From: Armatimonadota bacterium
Lineage (GTDB): Bacteria > Vulcanimicrobiota > JACPDS01 > JBDRKI01
Reading direction: 5' to 3'
Assembly (NCBI GenBank): GCA_043814095.1
Contig: JBDRKI010000054.1
Location: 14,666 to 78,665 of the forward strand
Length of the DNA stretch: 64,000 nt
Each line of letters starts with the position of its first letter. Position 1 is the stretch's first letter. Made by a program: the position numbers and the translations under genes. The notes beneath the pieces are model-generated. The model saw nothing but the letters and a program-made list of their open reading frames with translations. It made no database searches and was not told where the DNA came from. Below are positions 58,358 to 64,000 of the stretch, piece by piece.

Positions 58358-58939
58358 TTAACTTTTAGATGCCGCAGCCAGGTTCTTTATAAGTCTGCTT
58401 CCCGCTTCTTCCGCTTTTTTCATAAGCTCAGTATTTTTACCGGCGTCTTCTTTTTCCATAAGGCCGCCCCCGATTATAACGTCTTTTACGCGGAATCCTA
58501 AAAATTCATACATCTTAACAGTATGATCAATATAGGGCTTAAATGTATTTACATCTGGCTGGCCCTGTGTGAATACAAGGATTGTATCCTTGCCGCCGCC
58601 CAGCCGTGTTTTAAAATCAGGGCCCAGAAACGCTAAAAACCTGTCAACCATAAGTTTTGTCTGGGCGGACATCTGGAACATGTATATGGGGGAACCTATC
58701 ACAACGGCATCAGCGTCTTTAATATCGGAATATATTTTCTGCATATCGTCTTTAATCGCGCATGCTTCATGCTCCCTGCAGTAATAACACGCCTGGCATC
58801 CCTTAATATGCATCATATTAAGATTGAAAAAATTAACTTCAGAAGCTCCTGCTTTCTCACATCCTGTAAAAACCTGTTTTAATAATGTTTCAGCATTCCC
58901 GCCTATGCGCGGGCTTCCCACAAAACCAACAACTTTCAT
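58358..58939 (-). CDS. Iron-sulfur flavoprotein / NADPH-dependent FMN reductase family
   Basis: GSPRIGGN, CQACYYC..CAIKDD and GSPIY. Confidence 0.9.
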   Translation of the reverse strand: MKVVGFVGSPRIGGNAETLLKQVFTGCEKAGASEVNFFNLNMMHIKGCQACYYCREHEACAIKDDMQKIYSDIKDADAVVIGSPIYMFQMSAQTKLMVDRFLAFLGPDFKTRLGGGKDTILVFTQGQPDVNTFKPYIDHTVKMYEFLGFRVKDVIIGGGLMEKEDAGKNTELMKKAEEAGSRLIKNLAAASKS

Positions 58940-59069
58940 GATAGCTGCCCCCTTTTTAAATTTGCTTGCTATAGCTTCTATTTATTATGATTTAACCCTT
59001 TTTAATAAGGCTGAAAAATAAAAAACAAGCTCAAAAAGCCTGTTTTAATATTACTTGCGGACAAAAATA

Positions 59070-60368
59070 CTACAGATCGGCGACCCTGCCTCCCGCAACA
59101 GTATCAACTCTCCATAAAACATCGCTGGGATACGCTTTTATATGAACATTTCCGCTTATAAAGTCTTTTATTTTAGGATCACTTAGGGAATTTTTTAATT
59201 TTTCCACATCGTTTCTCGCTATATCCAGAACTTCATCCATCGTCTTTGATCCGAATTTATTCTGGTAGACAACCCACTGTATTTTAATGTCGGGATTTGT
59301 GTTATATAAATTTACAAGGTAATCACTGAAAATTTTAAGATCATACTCAGTATGCACGCTCTCAAACATTACCGAATCCGTATTCTTATAAATATCTTTA
59401 ATCGTCTGTCTTGTTTTTGCATCAGGAGAAGAACAGTATGTGCCGTTATTATCAACATACTTATCCGGGTCAAGCCCCACATGCCACTGGTTATCTTCAA
59501 GCCCTTTCCCCATATCAAACCCTCTGTTAATGGTAACAGCTGAATCTTGATCATTTCCTTTTGCGTATTTAATCATATCCCCTATGATATTTATATGGTT
59601 ATTCATTCCCCTTTCATATTTTTTAACTGAATCTATATTATCAGCTTTCTGCCTGTTTATAAGATAGAGATTATCAGCATCATCAATAAATACGCCTTTG
59701 ACTCCTTTTTTATATGAACCGGCTATCTGCCCTTTTAAAAAACCGCTCCACACTTTATATACAAGAGAATCGCTTACATCAACTCTTAATGCGCAGATTT
59801 TATCCTCTCCCTGAAGAGGCGGAGTAAAAATCCTCTCCCTTTTTTCCCTGTTAACTTTGCCTTCTTTATCGAGATAATACAATTCCTTAAATTCTTCATT
59901 ATCCTTAATGAATTCGGCAAATTGCCTTTCCTGTTCGCTTAATTCCTTAATATTTTGAGGGTTTACGGGATCTTTAGCTTCCTGGCTTCTTGCAACACCG
60001 CTTGAACTTACATACCCCTGCACCTTAAAATTATTTTTACCCATGCCCTTTGCGGCATCCATAGCCCTTTTTATTCCTTCGGCGGTTACATAATCGGATG
60101 TGGCATCTACCACCAGAACTGAAGCACTTTTCATAAGTTTTTTTAATTCATCATCCGGGGGCATATCCCCATTAAGAGCTCCGTGATAATTAGAAACTCT
60201 TTTAAAAGAAGAATCTTCCTTTTTGGAATACAACCCCTGTTTTACATCTTCAAGCCCGCTTATCAGTTCTTCCCTTCCGCGGGAATCTGTTTTTCCGGCA
60301 GAACTTGAACCAATATCGCCAATACTGCTTACCCCCGACAATCCTATTTTTCCGATAAAATCAGACAT
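59070..60368 (-). CDS. Possible GH114/GH166 (PelA-like) glycoside hydrolase
   Basis: GYVS, GVKGVFIDDAD, INRGF and DSVMFES in the order seen in that TIM-barrel family. Confidence 0.45.
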   Translation of the reverse strand: MSDFIGKIGLSGVSSIGDIGSSSAGKTDSRGREELISGLEDVKQGLYSKKEDSSFKRVSNYHGALNGDMPPDDELKKLMKSASVLVVDATSDYVTAEGIKRAMDAAKGMGKNNFKVQGYVSSSGVARSQEAKDPVNPQNIKELSEQERQFAEFIKDNEEFKELYYLDKEGKVNREKRERIFTPPLQGEDKICALRVDVSDSLVYKVWSGFLKGQIAGSYKKGVKGVFIDDADNLYLINRQKADNIDSVKKYERGMNNHINIIGDMIKYAKGNDQDSAVTINRGFDMGKGLEDNQWHVGLDPDKYVDNNGTYCSSPDAKTRQTIKDIYKNTDSVMFESVHTEYDLKIFSDYLVNLYNTNPDIKIQWVVYQNKFGSKTMDEVLDIARNDVEKLKNSLSDPKIKDFISGNVHIKAYPSDVLWRVDTVAGGRVADL

Positions 60369-60575
60369 AAACTTATAATCAGCAGTATATGCTGCCTCCT
60401 AATAATATTATAAAATTAAATTAAAGAAATGAATATCGGTCAAAAGGAGTATTTTAAAAAAACACGGGAAATATATAAAATAAATGGTCGGAGCGATGCG
60501 CCGCGGGGGACGCCCCTCCTGCCTGCTCCGGCTTTAAAGCTCCTTTTTTCCCATGCTAAATCCTTCCTGAGTTAA

Positions 60576-60600
60576 AGGAACACTCGCCTTATAAAAGAAT
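60576..60600 (+). promoter_or_regulatory. Sigma-H-like promoter
   Basis: AAAGGA-N17-GAAT upstream of 60643. Confidence 0.6.
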
Positions 60601-60642
60601 ACTTATTTAATTGGATTAACCTGCAAAATTTTATCCGGAGTT

Positions 60643-62379
60643 GTGCATATGGAGAAAACTTCTAATAAAAGAGTAGTAATTCTATTTTTCATTCTAGCCT
60701 TGATAATCATATTAACTGTTAAATTCATATTTTACCAAAATTTTACCACCTTTGTTAAAAATTCCAAGCAGGCTATACATACACTTGAAATTCTTATAAA
60801 GATTAAGCGGATACAGGATATGTCCTTAAAGGCGGAGATCGGCAAACATGAATTTGTAATAACCGGTAAAGATAAATATTTAAGAGCTTATTATTCTCTA
60901 AAGAAAAATGTAGATTCAGAAATTGACGAACTCCAAAAATTAACAGAAGATAATTCCTTTCAAGAAAAACAAATTAAAGAACTCCGTGACCTGATAGATA
61001 AAAAACTTACTGCTTTTGAAAAATGCATAGCCCTAAAAAAATCCGGAGAATCTGATATTAATACGCAAATATCCATTACGGATGAGGATGAAGCTATTTC
61101 CAAAGACATCGTAAAAATTACTGCGGACATAAAAAAAGAAGAACAAGATTTATTTGAGAAAAGAGCCTCTATGGCTTATGAAAACGGCATCAAGGCCATG
61201 CGGGGCGCCTTCGTCGGGGGAGGATTAAGCATACTGATTCTCATCATAATTTTTTACATACTTATAAGAGAAATAAAACAACGCGAAAATTATGCGGAAG
61301 AATTAAAAATAAAAGACAAGGCCATGCAGTCATCAATAAGCGGCATAATTCTTGCGGATCCGGACGGAAAGATAAATTATGCAAATGATTCATTTCTTAA
61401 AATGTTCGGTTATGATGATATCAATGAAGTTGCCGGAGATAATATTTCTAAACTAACTAAACCCGAAATATTAGAGGAAACCATTAAAAAAGGCAGCTGG
61501 GTATATGAATCGGCAGCCCCCAAAAAAGATGGATCTTTAATAGATTTAATGATCTCTATAAGCGCGGTTAAAAATGAATCCGGGGATGTTATATCCTTGA
61601 TGGGCTCTTTTTCCAACATAACCGAATATAAACACATAGAAAAAGAGATGGTAGAATTAAATGAAAAACTGGTAAACAGCTACGCAATGACAAAAACAGC
61701 CAATAAAGAACTGGAATCGTTTTCTTATTCTGTTTCCCACGATTTAAGAAGCCCTTTGCGCGCCGTTCACGGTTTTGCCCAGATCCTTAAGGAAGAATAT
61801 ATACATGAAATGCCATCAGAAGCCCAGCGGTATATGAATTTAATAATTGATAACACCGAACAAATGGGGCTTTTAATAGACGACCTTCTTAAATTTTCGC
61901 GCCTCAGCCGTCAGAAACTCAAGAAACAAAACATTAATACCAACAATATGGTGCGGCAAATAATTAAGGATATGAGTTATGAATTTGAAACAGGAGGCAC
62001 GGAAGTATCCGTTGGTGAACTTCCCTCCTGTTATGCTGATGAAGTTTTACTAAAACAGGCCTGGATAAATCTTATATCCAATGCTGTTAAATTCACAAAA
62101 GGCCAAGATAATGCAAAAATAGAGATAGGCAGTTATAAAAAAAGCGATGTTGATGTATATTTTATAAAAGACAATGGCGCAGGATTTGATATGAAGTACT
62201 ATGACAAACTTTTCGGAGCTTTCCAGCGCCTTCACCTGCCTGAAGAATACGAAGGCACAGGCGTGGGACTGGCTCTTGCGCAGCGCATAATACACCGCCA
62301 CGGAGGATACATCTGGGCTGAAGGAGAACCAGATAAAGGTGCAATATTTTATTTTATTTTAGAGGGAGGCACTTTATAA
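60643..62379 (+). CDS. CHASE3-PAS sensor histidine kinase
   Basis: Two TMs flanking CHASE3 (FVITGKDKYL), PAS, SYSVSHDLRSPL, DNGAGFD and GTGVGLA. Confidence 0.92.
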   Translation: MHMEKTSNKRVVILFFILALIIILTVKFIFYQNFTTFVKNSKQAIHTLEILIKIKRIQDMSLKAEIGKHEFVITGKDKYLRAYYSLKKNVDSEIDELQKLTEDNSFQEKQIKELRDLIDKKLTAFEKCIALKKSGESDINTQISITDEDEAISKDIVKITADIKKEEQDLFEKRASMAYENGIKAMRGAFVGGGLSILILIIIFYILIREIKQRENYAEELKIKDKAMQSSISGIILADPDGKINYANDSFLKMFGYDDINEVAGDNISKLTKPEILEETIKKGSWVYESAAPKKDGSLIDLMISISAVKNESGDVISLMGSFSNITEYKHIEKEMVELNEKLVNSYAMTKTANKELESFSYSVSHDLRSPLRAVHGFAQILKEEYIHEMPSEAQRYMNLIIDNTEQMGLLIDDLLKFSRLSRQKLKKQNINTNNMVRQIIKDMSYEFETGGTEVSVGELPSCYADEVLLKQAWINLISNAVKFTKGQDNAKIEIGSYKKSDVDVYFIKDNGAGFDMKYYDKLFGAFQRLHLPEEYEGTGVGLALAQRIIHRHGGYIWAEGEPDKGAIFYFILEGGTL

Positions 62380-62828
62380 TGGATACTGAACAAGCTGTTG
62401 AAATTTTATTGATTGAGGATAATCCTCATGATGTTGAATTAACACTGCATGCTTTCAACTCTCAGAACCTTGCAAATAAAGTACATGTGGTAAGAAATGG
62501 AGAAGAAGCCTTAAATTTTATTTTTGGAGAAAATTTAGAAGGAGAAGATCCTATTGAAAAACATCCAAAATTAATTTTGCTTGATCTCAAGCTGCCTAAA
62601 ATTGACGGACTGGAAGTTCTGCAAAAGCTGAAAGGCGATTCCAGAACAAAATCTATACCCGTAGTAATGCTTACTTCATCAGCGGAAGAAAATGATATGA
62701 TTGAAAGCTATAAGCTCGGTGTTAACAGCTATATAGTAAAACCTGTAGATTTCAAACAATTCAATGAAGCAGTAAAAAACCTCGGGCTTTACTGGGTATT
62801 ATTAAATCAATTTCCCGGCAAAATTTAA
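62379..62828 (+). CDS. Single-domain response regulator (Rcp1-like)
   Basis: IEDN, LLDLKLPKIDG, LTSS and YIVKP. Confidence 0.93.
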   Translation: MDTEQAVEILLIEDNPHDVELTLHAFNSQNLANKVHVVRNGEEALNFIFGENLEGEDPIEKHPKLILLDLKLPKIDGLEVLQKLKGDSRTKSIPVVMLTSSAEENDMIESYKLGVNSYIVKPVDFKQFNEAVKNLGLYWVLLNQFPGKI

Positions 62829-62881
62829 AAAGCGGAGGCAGCGCCTGTTTTAAAAAATATATTAAAGAGGCTTAAAACAGT

Positions 62882-63982
62882 ATGAATGAAAAAATTATTA
62901 AAATATTGCTGGTAGAGGATAATCCTAATGATGCTCTTCTTATTAAAAAAAACTTATTAAAAGACAACTTGGAATTAAAAACTAAAAACCGATTTGAAGT
63001 TGAGCATGTTAAAAAACGCATAGAAGCATTAAAGTTGCTGGAAGAGAAAAAATTTGATTTAATATTATCCGATCTCGGCCTGCCTGACAGCTCAGATCTT
63101 GATACTCTCGAAAGCTTACATGATAAAGCGCCGAAAACCCCTGTGGTAGTATTAACAGGTCTCGATGATGAAGATATAGCTATAAAAGCCGTGCATGGCG
63201 GGGCGCAAGATTATCTGCTAAAAAACAATATAAATCATGAGCTACTGGTACATTCCATCCTGTATGCTATAGAGCGTCAGCGTTTATTACAGGAAATGGA
63301 GGCCATGAGAGAAGAGTTTTTAAGCACCCTGACACATGATCTTAAAAGCCCTCTTGTAGCTATGTTGGGCTATGTTGATTTAACAACAAGTCCTCAATGC
63401 GAAGAGGCGTCGGATCAAAAAGAAGAATATATGCAGTTAATAAAACAAAGCGGCAAGCTTCTGCTTAATATGATAAATAATATTGTTGAAGCTTGCAAAA
63501 TAGATGCCGGAAGACTGCAGCTTAAACTTGAAAATTTCTCCATTGATGATATTTTAAAAGAAACTCACAGAACTTATGAATCATTGGCTATTTTAAACAA
63601 TATCACATTAGAATTTCCTTCTGCAGAAGATATATGGGTAAATGCGGACTATAATAAAATAAGGAACGTATTACACAACCTTTTAAGCAATTCTTTGAAA
63701 TTCACTCCTTCCGGAGGAAAAATAACCCTCTCAATAATCCCAAAAGATAAAGAGATAGAAGTATCCATATCCGATACGGGCTGCGGTATTCCTGTTTCCG
63801 AACAAGATAAAGTTTTTGAAAAATATTCTCAAGGCAACACGGAAGAATACGGTACAGGCCTGGGACTTTATATAGTAAAAAACTTCCTGCAGGCCCATGG
63901 CTCCAGTGTTCGCCTGGAAAGCGAACCCGGCAAAAGCACAAAAATTTGCTTTAACCTGCCAAAAGGCAATAAGCCGGAATAA
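62882..63982 (+). CDS. Receiver domain-histidine kinase hybrid
   Basis: VEDN, SDLGLPD; THDLKSPL, NSLKFT and GTGLGL. Confidence 0.92.
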   Translation: MNEKIIKILLVEDNPNDALLIKKNLLKDNLELKTKNRFEVEHVKKRIEALKLLEEKKFDLILSDLGLPDSSDLDTLESLHDKAPKTPVVVLTGLDDEDIAIKAVHGGAQDYLLKNNINHELLVHSILYAIERQRLLQEMEAMREEFLSTLTHDLKSPLVAMLGYVDLTTSPQCEEASDQKEEYMQLIKQSGKLLLNMINNIVEACKIDAGRLQLKLENFSIDDILKETHRTYESLAILNNITLEFPSAEDIWVNADYNKIRNVLHNLLSNSLKFTPSGGKITLSIIPKDKEIEVSISDTGCGIPVSEQDKVFEKYSQGNTEEYGTGLGLYIVKNFLQAHGSSVRLESEPGKSTKICFNLPKGNKPE

Positions 63983-64000
63983 ATGGCCGGAGAACCTTAT

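Noticed and set aside
60534-60554. Minus-strand leader peptide after GGAAGGA
   Set aside because: The frame stops after six codons (ATG GGA AAA AAG GAG CTT TAA).

Overview
This is an AT-rich bacterial chromosome segment, probably from an anaerobe with an outer membrane; I cannot assign its taxonomy from sequence alone. From left to right it contains: (i) a minus-strand flagellar basal-body/export cluster (flgB-flgC-fliE-fliF-fliG-fliH-fliI-fliJ, lytic transglycosylase, fliK-like, then a separately promoted flgE/G-like gene), where both promoters carry four phased 11-bp TGTTAACA boxes and FliG lacks the torque residues and probably starts at AUU; (ii) an M16 peptidase pair, a type IV minor-pilin cluster with two PilX-like paralogs, a membrane pseudokinase and mnmA; (iii) a PerR/Fur-led oxidative-stress gene run (flavodiiron protein, two rubredoxins, ferredoxin, superoxide reductase, glutaredoxin, ferritin, rubrerythrin) that includes an IscU/NifU scaffold split by a 358-aa LAGLIDADG intein just before a cluster-ligating Cys; (iv) a P-type ATPase and three nested paralogous secreted Ig-domain proteins, the largest ending in a probable outer-membrane beta-barrel; (v) assorted signalling, radical SAM, toxin-antitoxin and metabolic genes. 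A sigma-H-like promoter motif (AGGA-N17-GAA) precedes many transcription units. I found no rRNA, complete tRNA, CRISPR array or transposase. All calls come from reading motifs by eye; no database searches were run.
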